NCBI GenBank assembly: GCA_009103225.1
Contig: RHPI01001559.1
Location: 293,921 to 357,920, forward strand
Direction of reading: 5' to 3'
Length of the DNA: 64,000 bases
DNA from: Chlorokybus atmophyticus
Taxonomy: Eukaryota; Plantae; Mesostigma and Chlorokybus algae
The position numbers and the translations under genes were made by a program. Positions 39,857 through 53,000 of this stretch are shown piece after piece (position 1 is the first letter of the stretch; each line of letters starts with the position of its first letter). The notes beneath the pieces are model-generated. The model was not told the DNA's origin. It made no database searches and was given only the letters and a program-made list of their open reading frames with translations.

Positions 39857-41403
39857 GTCGTGTAGCGTGCGTTGACACGCCATCCGCCAGGACACAAAAG
39901 AAAAGTATGTTGTATCTGACTTTGTCTACAGTCGTCGTGTGCAGAGATACATGTATTACCGATTGATCTGCGTTGGGCACCTGTATCTTTTCTGCACAGT
40001 CCATCGTTTGTGTGGCAAATAGCGAAGTGCTGACAATCAAGCTCAATCCACGCGGGGCCTGCATGGATTTTGCTGCGGCGTATAAGGGCTGGGCTGCATC
40101 TGCGCTCGGTCACAACCTTGCCCAGCAGCTCCGCTCTTCCATGTGCAATAGACTGAACTCAATAGCCAGTGAGTTAGCAGTGTTGCACAAACAAAGTGCA
40201 TCTGTGTTGCTGCGAAGACACATGTTGTATTGTCACTTGAGCGTCTTTTTCGTATATGCGTCCAATGCTGTGTAGGCCATACACACTGGGCAGTATACTG
40301 CACATCGGTTGATTGATTGAACATTGATTGAACACCTACTGCTCAACATTGTTTCATTACACAAAAACTTTTCACCCAGCATCTGTCCATGCGACATAAG
40401 CACAGGCGTGTTAAGCAATGGCAGTAACTGTTGACAGACATTGATTGTTACATTCCCCGTGGGGCATGCCACTATATGTTAAAGACAATGCAAGATGGAG
40501 TAAAAGAAATAGACTGCAAGGATTGTGGCATGCATGAGAGTGTGACACACACATGCATGAGCAGTCTACTCACCACACCATGAAGCACTCTCATCTCAAC
40601 CACCGGGCTGCTAACCTAGCCGCTACCTACCTTCTCTATTGCCCATACCCCCATTAGACGTGCATGCATGCATGCGTGCACGTCTAATGCGTCATCACCT
40701 GCACATGCGCCTTGGTTAGCGGCCTTGCTCTAGCAGTAGCAACCTCACCATCAGCAGACCCAACGGACTCCCCCTCCCAACCCCCCGCCGCCACCTCCCA
40801 CCCGCCTACCGCCGTCTTGTCAACTGCCGGCTTGCGGTTTTGTCAGTACACTCATGCATGTATAGCAGGCAAGGAGACTTCCTCTGCGACAGTGCATGTC
40901 GTGACTGTGTATGTACATGCATGCGTTTGTGGGTGCACATGTGGCTATGGGAACTGATGCTTGTGCGGACTTGGTTCACCATGAATGGCGGTGAGTGTTA
41001 ATACACACATAGCATAACATACTTAATGGGCCAGCCCGATTGCTTGTTGCATGCATGGCATGACACTGGCATTGACACTCCCTTGTGATCTTATGTGATC
41101 GAGACAAGAATGATTGACTTGCAGTACACAGACACGATGAAGCATGCCCTCTTCCAATCTCAATCAACCTCACACAAGCAGCTCAATTCCACCTGCGCGA
41201 ATTGCGCACACCAATTACAGTCACATCAGCAACATCTTTGCCCTACGAACACGCCATGAGAACTTTGAACACGCACACTCCCGCATGTACACACTCCCTC
41301 CCCTTCCCCCCCCCTCCCCCCAGTACACTACAAATCCATAACCCCTATACACAAGCCCACCCCCACACTAATAGATATTGCTTTACACAACAAGAACCCC
41401 TCT

Positions 41404-42693
41404 TTATGTGCGAAGGTAGCGCAGCGCGGCTTCGCGCACGAATGCCGGCAAGCGCACCGGCCTGTACGCCGCGTTGAGTAGCACGACAACACCGATTGCC
41501 GTGCAAACCAGCTCGAATGGATGATGTTGATAGTGATGATGACGGCCGTTGGCTGTTGTGCTGCTGCTGCTGCTGCTGCTGTGGTGCTCCCCGTTGAGCC
41601 GTGGATACTGCAAGCAACAGTGTAACCAGTCTGTAAGTGCAGTTGCTGCAGACTGTGTAAGGACTGTGAGTGTTTTGAGCAAAATCACCCGCGGACAGGT
41701 GTGAGCATGCACGCACGCACACATGCGCACCTTGTACACTTCATGGTAGACGTTAAGTCGCGCGGCGGTGACAGACAAGCTGCTGAGGCGTACAAAGAAG
41801 CTGCCAATGACACATGTCCACATAAGCCAACAGTACACACACCATGCAACTACAGAAAACATGCCACACAGCATACCGGTCTCCCGAGCGCAGCGGAGCG
41901 TAGAACTTGATCTCTTTGTACTCTGGAATGGCAAAGGCAAACCCACTTGCCCTCGTAGCCTCGTCAATATTGCAGCCGATCCCATCCATCCACTCATGCC
42001 TCGCATGCTGCAAGGCAGCAGAGTGTTTGCAACAGATAATGCACACGTGGATCGACCTCCACAAGTTAAACTACCTCGTGATTATGCTGAGACAGTGATG
42101 AACAGGACACATGCGCGCGTTCGGACACATACGCACGCACGTGCACCCACCCACCCCCACCCAAATGTGTGCGCGTTCGTGTGGGTGTGGGTGCGCGTGA
42201 CCACGGCGCGCACATAACCAAACACCTACGTGCACACGTGCCCAGCAATGTGGTCTTGCTGACTTACTTGGAGGTAGTTGAGGTAGACAGCATTGTTGAC
42301 CACACCAAACTGATCGAGCTCATAGTCCCGCACGCCAAGTGCAGGACTGTCCCACGCGCGCCCCCGCGCACTCCTCACATCGCCCTCAATCCAGTCATTG
42401 CTTGTTGTCGTTGCTGTTTGTGATGTTGCTGTCGCTGTCTTTGTCGCCGTTGTTGATGGTGTGGGTGGGAGTTCAACCATACTCGATGTGTTCACGGGTG
42501 TTGTGGACAACTCCCCAATGGTTGCGCGAGTGGCTTGCGATGAAGAAGTTGTTGACAAGTGGTGATGGTGATGCTGCTTCCTCCTGCCTCTGGACCTGGC
42601 GCTGTTGAGTGGAAGTCTGCTGCTGCACTGTGATGCGGACTTGCATTCTTTGACTGTGCGGAAAGCAGCTGCTGCACCATCTGTTGTAGACAC
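41404..42693 (-). CDS. ALT: Acyl-lipid thioesterase-like (single hotdog fold, ALT/MKS2/4HBT family), multi-exon; 5' end unresolved
   Basis: VRDYELDQFGVVNNAVYLNYLQ|HARHEW...KFYAPLRSGDR|FFVRLS...VVVLLNAAYRPVRLP, preceded by a Ser/Thr-rich region. Confidence 0.82.
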
Positions 42694-43777
42694 GCAGTCT
42701 AAGTTGTTGCGTACTGAGACTGCGTGTCTACTCCCAGACGCGTGTTGCGCAATGTGCCGTCAGGCAATCACCCACACATGTAAACCGTATGGACAGCGTC
42801 ACACTATGCATCGAAGAAAGATGCAGATTGCGAGAATACATCTGGACTTGACACCGACACATAAGCGCGCAGCATATGTGAGCCTACATGCTTTGTTTGA
42901 GTTGTCTGAGCTTGGTTGGCATGCATTGTTCCTCTGCTTAACCTGTTGCTGTCGCATGGGTGGGAACCGCCACTGCCGCCAGCGCCCAAGTCCCTTGCAT
43001 GGCTGGCCTCCACTAAGCACTTCGCAGGAGATTTTCAGCAGCAGGAGCCGCAGGCAAATGTGTGACTCAAACTCACTGTGTCAACGTGATTGGTAATGGC
43101 ACTGTACTAATGTTCCAGCAAGCTCAGGGCTTCCGCCAGTGCCAGTGCTGGGGAGATTGCTGTCTGTTGGCTGTGCTTCTGGTCAGCTCCCTCGCCACAG
43201 TCAATCCGCATGCCACATGCGTGACCACACTACAACCCTGCGACGCAACGTCCGCCGACAACCAGCTATACACCCAGCTACACCACCGCCACCGCCACTG
43301 CCGCCCTCTACACCAGCTGACTGATTGACACGTCACCAGCATGCCAACTCGGCAGCACTTGGCGGGAGAGAAATGACTGAGAGAAACGGGGGTTATGTTA
43401 ACCGGCTCGTCCGCACGCTAAGCCGGAAGAGTGTGCGCTGACCTTAACCGGGGGTCCTTGCTACCGTAAATGAGCGAGGAAATCGGTTAGCCTGACCGGC
43501 ATTTGCCGGCTTGCTTTGACGGTGTTCACTGCTGGTGAACTGGGAGCAATCAGATCAAGCGTCGCGATCATCGTATGTTATTGTCCAAGCGCATGCCAAG
43601 CTGTGCGGCGGGGCCAACGAGCGGACCGGAGCGCACGTGAGGGTCCCGAGGAAGGAAAGGACTAGGTGGGTCCTTGAGCCATGCAGCCGTCCGACCCCGG
43701 GAGGTGCCGATATGTCGGAGATGTTCAATGAGTGTCATACAATTTGCACTGTTGCGAGATAAAAGCTTTGTTGTTTG

Positions 43778-43781
<4 letters not shown>

Positions 43782-43859
<78 letters not shown>
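43782..43859. repeat. (CT)n microsatellite
   Basis: Pure CT run. Confidence 0.98.
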
Positions 43860-43863
<4 letters not shown>

Positions 43864-44794
43864 TATATATGACNCATGTAAAGGTACAAACCAAGACATG
43901 TATGACTGCCAATAATAAGAGTCTTTTTATGTGAAATGATATGCGTTTTCGTGAATGCGGTGTAATACACGTTGCAATGAATAGTTCTTCAGTCTTATCA
44001 AATTTAACAACTCCCTTGCAATTGCTTACGCGCGATCATAAGATATTGAATGCGCATCCATCTTTATAAAACATGTGTGTGGTTCATTCGCATTATATAC
44101 ATGCTTTAATTATGCGCAATTCATGTAGCACAACTTGTCCATAAACACCGTTTACAGAACACAGAGGCCATGCATATGCCAATTGCATAAGCAAAGTTCA
44201 TATAATACAAATGTAGGCTATACGTACACTTGACAAGCACTTTCACACATTGTGTTTTCAGTAGTACACAGCTGAATTGTAATGTAAGAAAGTGTGCAGA
44301 GTAATCAAGAAATCACTCGCCCATACTTATAGCTAATCAGCTGATATTGGACAGCTAATAATAGCCTAGCTGTTACGAGTTCATTATTAGCAATGGTGAC
44401 ATCCATATTGCAATCAGATATATAAGTGTGGGTGATGTGCTATTTAACCTTCTTACCAATATCAAAAATGCATATTATGAAGATGATACCTTTTCAGATG
44501 TACATGGGTGCGGCGATAATGTTGCTTGCAATCACACTATATGTATGATGTACGTAGAAGTATCATTGTTTAAGTAACATTGCACGAAGCACAGTCTTTC
44601 AACAATGGGTGTGCAAGTATAAGCAGCGAGACATGAAGGCACAATCTTTGCCACGGAAGCCAAAGCAAAGTTTACAACCTGCTAGGCTATACCACATATG
44701 CATAAAGCAAGGTCTTTGATTACATCTTACACTTCACATCAACCCGCATTTCATTCTTTGTACACCACACTTTCCCACCACTCAAAGCATCCAT

Positions 44795-44873
44795 TGTAAC
44801 GGGAAGGTACATTAGATTACCACAAATCGACCATGAAAGCACCAAGTCTTTTGTGGTCGAGTGGGCTGTGACA
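44795..44873 (+). repeat. TRIM 5' LTR (79 bp)
   Basis: TGTAACGG...GTGACA; followed by the PBS. Confidence 0.92.
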
Positions 44874-44908
44874 TTGGTCATCGGAGCTTGAGACCCGGGT
44901 TCAATTCC
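44854..44908 (+). promoter_or_regulatory. Putative tRNA-type (type 2) Pol III promoter: A-box 44854-44864, B-box 44898-44908
   Basis: TGGTCGAGTGG and GGTTCAATTCC lie 44 nt apart start-to-start (about 45 in tRNAs). The B-box context GAGACCCGGGTTCAATTCC resembles tRNA T-arms. Function untested. Confidence 0.5.
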
Positions 44909-45412
44909 TGCCTTGCACACGAATTCCGCGGTCGTTGTTTCTCGATCCAATAATCGTAAATGGTCACAGGCGGAAAGCAGAGTTGGGTGCTGCGGGCAAA
45001 CATTCGGCAGGTCGCGGGTAGCCGTAGATGCAACATCTTTGGTCGTGGCTCTCTGTGCAGCGTTGATGCTGGGGGCCTGTCACACTGTGTCAGCTTCCGA
45101 GCGCGGCGATGATCAGTGATTGAGGGATATGTCACTCGTTTGTGCTGTCTCAACGAGTACTGATGCGCTGGCGTGTCAGCGTAGCGTCAGTGCTCTGTCA
45201 TCGTGACTGTCACGCTGATCAATTGCTGACACTTGTCGCGTGTGCAATGAATGACATGACCTATCCTACTGTGCTGCTGACGTGTGTGCGTTCATATTGG
45301 TTTGTGATTGCTGGTCGGTGGCATTGAGGCCTGTTTAATTGTTGTTTTGCGGATAGCTTGAGGAGGCGGCGGCGTTGTTGTTCTGCGTGTACTTCTGGGG
45401 CGGCGGCATGGG

Positions 45413-45931
45413 ATGGCTGGTGTCGGCGATGCTGCTGATGTGGGTGAGCCGGAAGAAGTCGAGCAATTCCGGGCGACGCTGGCGGAGAGTATGACCACGG
45501 ACGTGGTGGAGGTGTTGTGGCAAGTGGGGCGTGAGCGGCGCGGGCGGTGGAACGGTGGTGTGCATGTAGGGGACGTTGGACGCGTCCAGCGTGTGAGCCA
45601 TGAGTGGGAGCTTTGCACATTCGGCTATCAGCCCAACCTCATCAGAGCCCTCTGCGTAGCTTTGCCGCCTGGCCTGGAGATCATCGTGACAACGCATGAA
45701 GATGAGCGCAATCGCTGGGATGTGGGCGAGGACGCACAGCAGGGCATGTTGCCCCTGCTTGTTTGTATTGATGACGATTTTACTGGTGAGCCCTGGCTGA
45801 GGCTTACCCTGGAGGGCGGCTCAGTGCGCCGCTGGAAGCTGAGCCTCTTCGTGGGACGCGGTGCCGATCCTGCTTCTGCAGCCAGCTGGGCGCCTGTGGC
45901 GATGGGCTTCCTGCCTGCTGGGCACACCTAG
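45413..45931 (+). CDS. 172-aa ORF of unknown function inside the Academ element
   Basis: Intact ATG-to-TAG ORF with globular-looking composition, convergent with the transposase gene. No recognised motif. Confidence 0.45.
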   Translation: MAGVGDAADVGEPEEVEQFRATLAESMTTDVVEVLWQVGRERRGRWNGGVHVGDVGRVQRVSHEWELCTFGYQPNLIRALCVALPPGLEIIVTTHEDERNRWDVGEDAQQGMLPLLVCIDDDFTGEPWLRLTLEGGSVRRWKLSLFVGRGADPASAASWAPVAMGFLPAGHT

Positions 45932-48900
45932 TAGCAGCCACTGTGTGGCTGCACAGTACTCTGCTGTCTGTAATTAGTGTGTGTGAACTTGCTGTGCTGC
46001 ATGCCGTCTTGTTTGTGCAGGCAAACTACTGCATGCAGCCTCGAACATGCCAGTCTGACAGAAGCTGCCTGTTGTGAATGTTGAATTGCCTGCAAGGTGG
46101 GTTGTGCATGCACAGGATATGGAACCAGGTGCATGTAGTGCATTCTGAATTGACGCCATGGCCTCACGTCTGCATGTGATTCTAGCTCAAGTGCTGTATT
46201 CGGACTGCATGCTATCCTGCGAGTCTGCCTCTGATTGTGAATCGCCATGGTCTGTTTCCTGTGTGTCCCTTAGTGGCGTGACCAGCATGTCTTCCCCATC
46301 CACATCAGTATGATCATCGTCACTGCTTACGCTGCTGCTGTCCTCTGTTCCAGAGCTGACATCGGTGTCAATTGTCTGCGTGCTCATGGGCGTGAGTATT
46401 GACTGTGTGCTCATTGGTGTGCCTGTGCGCCAGTTGCAACAGGTAAGTGTTAGTGAATTGGTGGGCATGTGGGTCCATGTGCAGGTGGTTCCAGTGTTAC
46501 TGACCTTGCACTGGTGCTGTGGGGACATCAGGTTGTGAGAACTGCCCTTGGGTGCTGTGACCAGTTCCTCCTTGTCGTTTGTTCTTGCATTCTGTGCATC
46601 GGCAACTAGCCCCACATGCATTGCCAGCTCTTTTGCAACGGCATTGGTTGTTCGCGCACATGCCTTTCTTGCAACCGCACCCCCTTAGCAGTAGGCTCCT
46701 CCGCAACCGTGCCTGTGCCATGTTCTCGCTGGAGTCCATGGCAGCCTTGAAGATGCCATCTTCTTGGAGGTAACCATATTCGTCCAGCGGTGGCATTTGC
46801 ATGTCAGTTGAGCATGCCTGCATCCACATGCCATGAACCCATATTGCACGCAGGCAGTGCAGTCTTAGAGCCTGGACAGTGGGCATGCGATCTGCTTCCT
46901 TCCAGATCGTATGCCAGCACCCGTTGTGGATAGCCTCCAGCCATTGGTGAATGGCACTGTGTGACTCTCTGTCAGCCTGGATGCCGTTCACCTCCACAAA
47001 GAAGGCTTCTGCGGTGTTGGCCTTGAAGCACCGTTTGTGTTTCATGAAGTATGCTGTCCCGATCAGTTTCAGGTACATGCCAATGTCAGAGCTCATGTCC
47101 GCATCAGTGCAGTGAGTGATGAACTGAGTGCAGGACATCAGAGCCTCCTCTCACCAAAAAGCCTTGCTGATGCCTGCTATGAAGGAGGTGTAGTCTGAAC
47201 CCGTCACTGCATACATCTTGAGCATGAAAGAGGCTCTGGCATCAATACGTATGAATCTCGTTTGTGGCATGAGCTTGCAGGCTTCCAAGAGTGTGGTGAT
47301 GTTGATGAAAGCTGGTCTGGTAGCTGCTGCAGTCGAGCTTGCTAACTGCATGTGTACCACTTTGCCGGATGATGGTGAACCTCGCCACCTCTCCAGCATG
47401 GCGAGTCCGATCATGGTGGTGTCTAAGTCGGGGCTGTACACGAGGATGCTGCTCTCAGAGGTTCGCATTGCATGCACCCACACCCTGCTGTCCGCTTCTG
47501 CATGATTGCACGCATACAGGTCTGTGCATGTGTATACGGGGCCCTGCGCGCTCATGGTCACAACTCTGGCAAGCCCTGCATAACTAGGATGGTCACTTCC
47601 ACCAGCGACCACCAATTGTTGGCCTACTCGGAGGTAAGGTGCAGCCTGCTCTGGTAGATGCTAAGTGATCAGATCGCACAGCTGGCGCTTTTTGATTATG
47701 TTGCCAAGCAGGTGGCGCCAGATGCGAGGCAGTGGCGACAGCAGGTGCAGAGCATCTTGAGTACTATGCACCGGCGTCCCAGAGGTGTCTCGGTGCGCCT
47801 GCAAGGATGTCTTCACGCCAGTGGCGAAAGATGGGTCGTCGAACACTACATGCAGCGAGGTCAGGTCTTGGCTGAACAATCGTGGCATAATAGCAGCGCG
47901 CATCAAGTGCTGTATGTAGTCACCAATGTTGTTGCAACCAGGACCAGGCTGCATGTTGATGATGAACATACCCTCACTGATCACGGCTTGCACATTGGCA
48001 GGGAAGGAGCGGGACTGGCAATGTGGATTGGCATCGGCGATCTTGTTGAGAAACGCTGCTTTGTTGCCCTTGCGCATTGATCCATCCAATTCAAACAGAG
48101 CTTGAGGTACTTCTAGGTATCTAGCGTGCACAGAGTCTGAGGGTGTGTCGCTCATCGCGAGCTGCTTCAGCACCAGAGTCTGCGAGGAAAATGGGTGAGT
48201 GCTGGCTAATGCATCAGGTTGTAGTCATATATTGATTTCATGCACAATGCATCACCTGCTCTCTCACAACAACTGATAGTGCCCTGGCAGCCTTGTTGAC
48301 AGGTTTTGGTTTAGCCATTGTTTTGAGATTGTGCTTGCGCGAAATCTTGGCATGGGGGACACCGCGCCCAAATCGCTGGTTGACTGTCAGCCCCAATGCG
48401 TCCTTGCCCACCTCGTAGTGGCGGCTGAGGTCAGCTGCCACGCCATCTGATGCATAATCTTCATTGACCAGGTGCTTCAAACGGTCAGGGCTTTCCTCCG
48501 CGAACGCCTTGCTCTGTCGCAGAATCGACATCATGGCTGCGATGGTGGTTTGTGTGCGTGCAGGGTCGCTGGCCTGTTGAGATGTCTGCCTGGTCCTCCA
48601 ACGCAAGTGAGGCGGCTTCACTTGGTTGCGCAATCGCTTCCAACTCTCTACACGGTATGTGCAGTGTGCTGTCTTCTCCCTCATGCCATCGGAGGTAGGT
48701 CTGTAGAGTGTACTCTTCAAGTCTTTGTTGATCAGAGTTTCATGTGCCTCATCTAGAGCGACATTGGACCCTGCGTTCCCCTTCATGCTGACTGTGAATC
48801 CTCCTGCTTGCATGCCTTCCTTGATTGCCGCTGGCCAGGAATATGTATCTGCTAAGTGCCCCACTACCAGACGTTGGTAGTGGGGCCTGTCCCATGCGAA

Positions 48901-49567
48901 GTAAAGGGGGGCCAAGACCTTGTACGACGCCACACGCAGCATCCAATTCGCTGTCCGGATGGCTATAAACAGCGCCATGTATGCGAGCACGTCCCTCTGC
49001 GTGAAGCCCCACCAGAACTTCCAGGTGAGGTCACGCAGTGATCTTGCCTCGCCATATGCCTTGAATGCCTGGTAGTGCTGCAACGCGACATCGGGACTAA
49101 CAACACCATCCTCACCACGGATGGCAGGCAACTGCGCAAACTCCTCGCTCTCCTGAAAGCACTCAATCTGTCTGCGGAGCACAGCCTCGAACCCTTGCAG
49201 TTTCAAGGTGTGGGCTCGCTTCCAATGATGTCCATCCACTAACTGATTGCGTGCTGAGCCAAGTGCAAAGCCAGCTGCCAGTGCCATAGGCTCAATGCCT
49301 GCATCGTAGTAGACCTTGAAGTTAACAGGCACCGTGTTATACAGTGCATGCCAGTCGCCCACAAAAGGAAGCAACCAAGACCAGTACACAGGGTCCTGCA
49401 GCTTGAGCTGGTTCATGAGGCTCCATGTTTTCTGGTCGCCAGCCACGACCAAGGTGGTGGTCCCGTGCTCCACCTGCAGCTTGAGTGCAATCTCCATGAG
49501 AGCAAGCCTGAGGTTGTTTGGACGATCCGGGTTGTAAGGCAGAAGTGGCAGGTAAACAACGTGACTG

Positions 49568-49906
49568 TGTCATGAGAGAGGGTGTGCCCCTCCTCCCTTT
49601 AATCCCCTACCCCAACACCACCACCAGCCTCGCCGCCGCCGCCGCCACTGCCGGGGCAGTTGCCAGAGCAAAAGATGCTCTGGCTATGGCGGCCGCTGCG
49701 TTAGCAGCGCCGCCATGCAGCTGATATCAACATGAGACTCATGTCTCATGTCGATATCAGTGTTATAGTTAAGTAACACTACATTAGGGCCTTAACACTA
49801 GGTTAACGGCCCTAATAAGGCTTAATAGGCTGTATAATCCCGTTGGGACCCTTATTTAATCCTAAATAAGGGCGGGGAACCTCTATGGAGGTAGCACACC
49901 GTTACA
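49568..49906 (-). repeat. Chromovirus 3' LTR (339 bp)
   Basis: Direct repeat of 56095-56433; preceded on the minus strand by the PPT. Confidence 0.97.
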
Positions 49907-50028
49907 TTCCCCCCCACTTAGGTTTCAATGTCCTCATTGAAGGGTTAGCAAAGCCCCATCACGAGTCACAAAACGAAAGCAGTGAGAGAACCAGGGCCGA
50001 AGCGGTAAAGATGTCTGCCAGCACCCTT

Positions 50029-53000
50029 TTACCGTTCGCGTGTGGACACAGTACTCCAGTACCCCCGAAGAACCTCTTGGCAGTTGGTAAGATTCCTTTC
50101 GGGCTCCCATGTATTGTGTTCAACACCATACCCTTTCCATTTCACCAAGCAGGACGGCGCGAGTCCGCGTCGAGGCTTACGGTGACTTAGGATTGCTTCC
50201 ACCTCATACTCAAATGTATTGTCACCATCCACTGCGACTGGGGGTGGAGGAGGTTGAACCCGACCGTCTGATCGGTACGGTTTCAGTACACTCACATGAA
50301 ACACATTGTGAATTCGTATCGACATTGGTAAATCCAAACGATACGCGTGAGTGCCGACCCGATCAATCACTTTGAAAGGGCCTATCCAGCGAGGGAAAAA
50401 CTTGCGGGTACCCACTCCCTTGATGGATATATTTTTGGTACTCAAAAGTACTGAACAGCCCACATCGTAGCTGGCCTCCCTACGATGCGCATCAGCATGG
50501 GCTTTTTGTCTATCTTGCGCTGCGCGCAGACAGTGCTTTGCCAACGCTAACCTATCCTGCATGGCCGAAGCCATCTCGCGCGCTGCAGGTACGCGAGTTA
50601 TATCGGTTGCGGGCAATTTTAAATTCGCAGGCCTCAGTGGATGCACGCCGTAATTCAAGAAGAACGGAGTCTCCTGCACACTCTCTTGCCATGCATTATT
50701 GATCGCAAATTCAGCCATTGGGAGATAAATATCCCAATCACTCTGATTCGGGCTCACATAATGCCGGATGGTTTCCTCAATCGCTTGATTGGCGCGTTCT
50801 GTTTGACCATCCGTCTGTGGATGGTAAGCAGTGCTCATGTTCTGCTGAATGTGTAAGAAGCTGCATAGCGACTTCCAAAACTGAGCCACAAATCGCGGAT
50901 CGCGATCTGACACGAAGTTGCGGGGCAAGCCATGCAACTTGAACACAGACGCAACAAAAACCATCGCCAACTCACGGGAGCCTATCTCCGTGCGACAAGG
51001 GACAATGTGGACCATTTTTGTTAAACGATCCACGAAAACTGCAACCGCAGTGTGACCTAATGCTGTCTCTGGGAGCTCAGTAATTAAGTCCATACTCACA
51101 CTTTCCCATTTGCCATCAGGAACAGGCAAAGGTCGCAGCAACCCAGCGGGTTTCTGACGTAACGGCTTGTCACGCTGACATTTGTCACAGGTGTCAACAT
51201 AACGCTTTACGTCAACAGGCAACGATGGCCACCATTACAGCTGTTGCGCTGCCTTGGTAGTCTTGCGATTTTCAAAGTGCCCAGCATACGGTGGGTCGTG
51301 TACATCAGCTATGCATTGCATGCGTAGCCCAGCATGGTCAGGTATCACCAAGCTAGCACCCATATAATACAAGTTGTCTCGTGCTTCAAGCTGTTGTATA
51401 TTCTCTTGCCGTGAGAACCATGGGTCTAAGGAATACCCATGCAAAACAGATTGCACAAATGCATCATTAGCGGGCAATGTAACTTGCGTCGCAAGCAATT
51501 GCGCACGCATAACTGCCAATAATGACGGACAGCGACTTAAAGGATCTGCCACATTAGTTCTGCCAGGCCGATATACCCATTCAAAAGTAAATCGCGACAG
51601 AAACTCATTCCAGCGAGCTTGCCTACGTGACAAGGTCAGCTGCGTTGAGAAGTATACTAATGGGTTGTGATCAGTCACCACTGTGAACTGAACTCCCTCT
51701 AAGTAACATCGCCAAGTTTCGAGAGCATGTACGACACCAAGCAACTCTTGCTCAGTAGTAGTGTAGTTTACCTCCGCTGGGATAAACTTCCTACTTTCAT
51801 AAGCACATGGTCTGCCGTCTTGCAGTAGTACTGCACCACACCCAAGGGTGGAAGCATCACTGACCACAGTGAAATGTTTATCCCAATTTGGCAATGCCAA
51901 TACTGGAGCTGAAGTTAATGCTAACTTCACTTGTTGCATAGCAGCTTCTTGGTCTGACGTCCAAGAAAATGGCGCGTCCTTTCGCAACAATTTAGTCAAG
52001 GGCATTACAACTGTAGAATAACCCATCATAAATTTGCGAAAATAATTTGCCAATCCCAAAAATGATCTCAGTTGATGAATATTTTTGGGTTGAGGCCAAT
52101 TCTTGACAACTTGCACCTTGCGAGGGTCAGGCTTTACACCCGCACCACTCACAACATGTCCCAAGAATGGTAACTCCGATTTGCAAAAGTCACATTTTGC
52201 AAGGCTGGCAAATAAATGATGCTTCCGCAACAAAGTAAACACCGCTTCTAAGTGTTGCTTATGTTCCTCTTTGGTTTTACTAAAGACAATAATGTCATCC
52301 AAGTAAACCATAACATACTTGCCAAGTATATTACCGAAAATTTTATTCATTTCCTTCTGAAACACAGCAGGCGCATTCGTCAATCCAAAGGGTAGCACTT
52401 TGTATTGATAATGGCCCGAAGGTGTTCTGAAAGCTGTCTTATAGACATCAGCGGAATGAATTCGGATCTGATGATATCCACTTGTCAGGTCTAATGTACT
52501 GAAGTATGCATTACCTGATAGTTTATCAAACACGTCATCAATCCGTGGCAACGGGTATCGATTTTTCACCGTGATTTTGTTTAAAGCACGATAGTCCACA
52601 CACATGCGCAATTTTCCATTCTTTTTCATCACAAATAGGATGGGTGCGCCAAAGGGTGAAGAACTTGGTTCAATCAATCCTTTTTCCAATAACTCCTTGA
52701 TTTGTGTTTCCATTTCCCCCCTTTCTCTAGGGCTTAGCCTATATATTGGCCGAAAAGGAGGATCACTATCAGGAATTAATGGTATAGTGTGTCCGACACC
52801 TCGGTCAGGAGGCAAGCCCGGCAACTCATCTGAGAACACATCTTGATATTCCTCAATGAGGTCTGCCACACCTTCAGTACTACCCGGCGCAATGTCATCT
52901 GATGAAGACAAATGTACCAGAAAAGCCGGTGTGTTTTTGCGCAACGCACGTTTCACCTGTAGTGCCGTGAGTAACGCAGGGTCGGGTTGCTTGAATTCCA

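Noticed and set aside
44847-44915. Functional tRNA gene
   Set aside because: A- and B-boxes are present, but the anticodon and acceptor stems do not pair. The segment spans the LTR and PBS of a retroelement.
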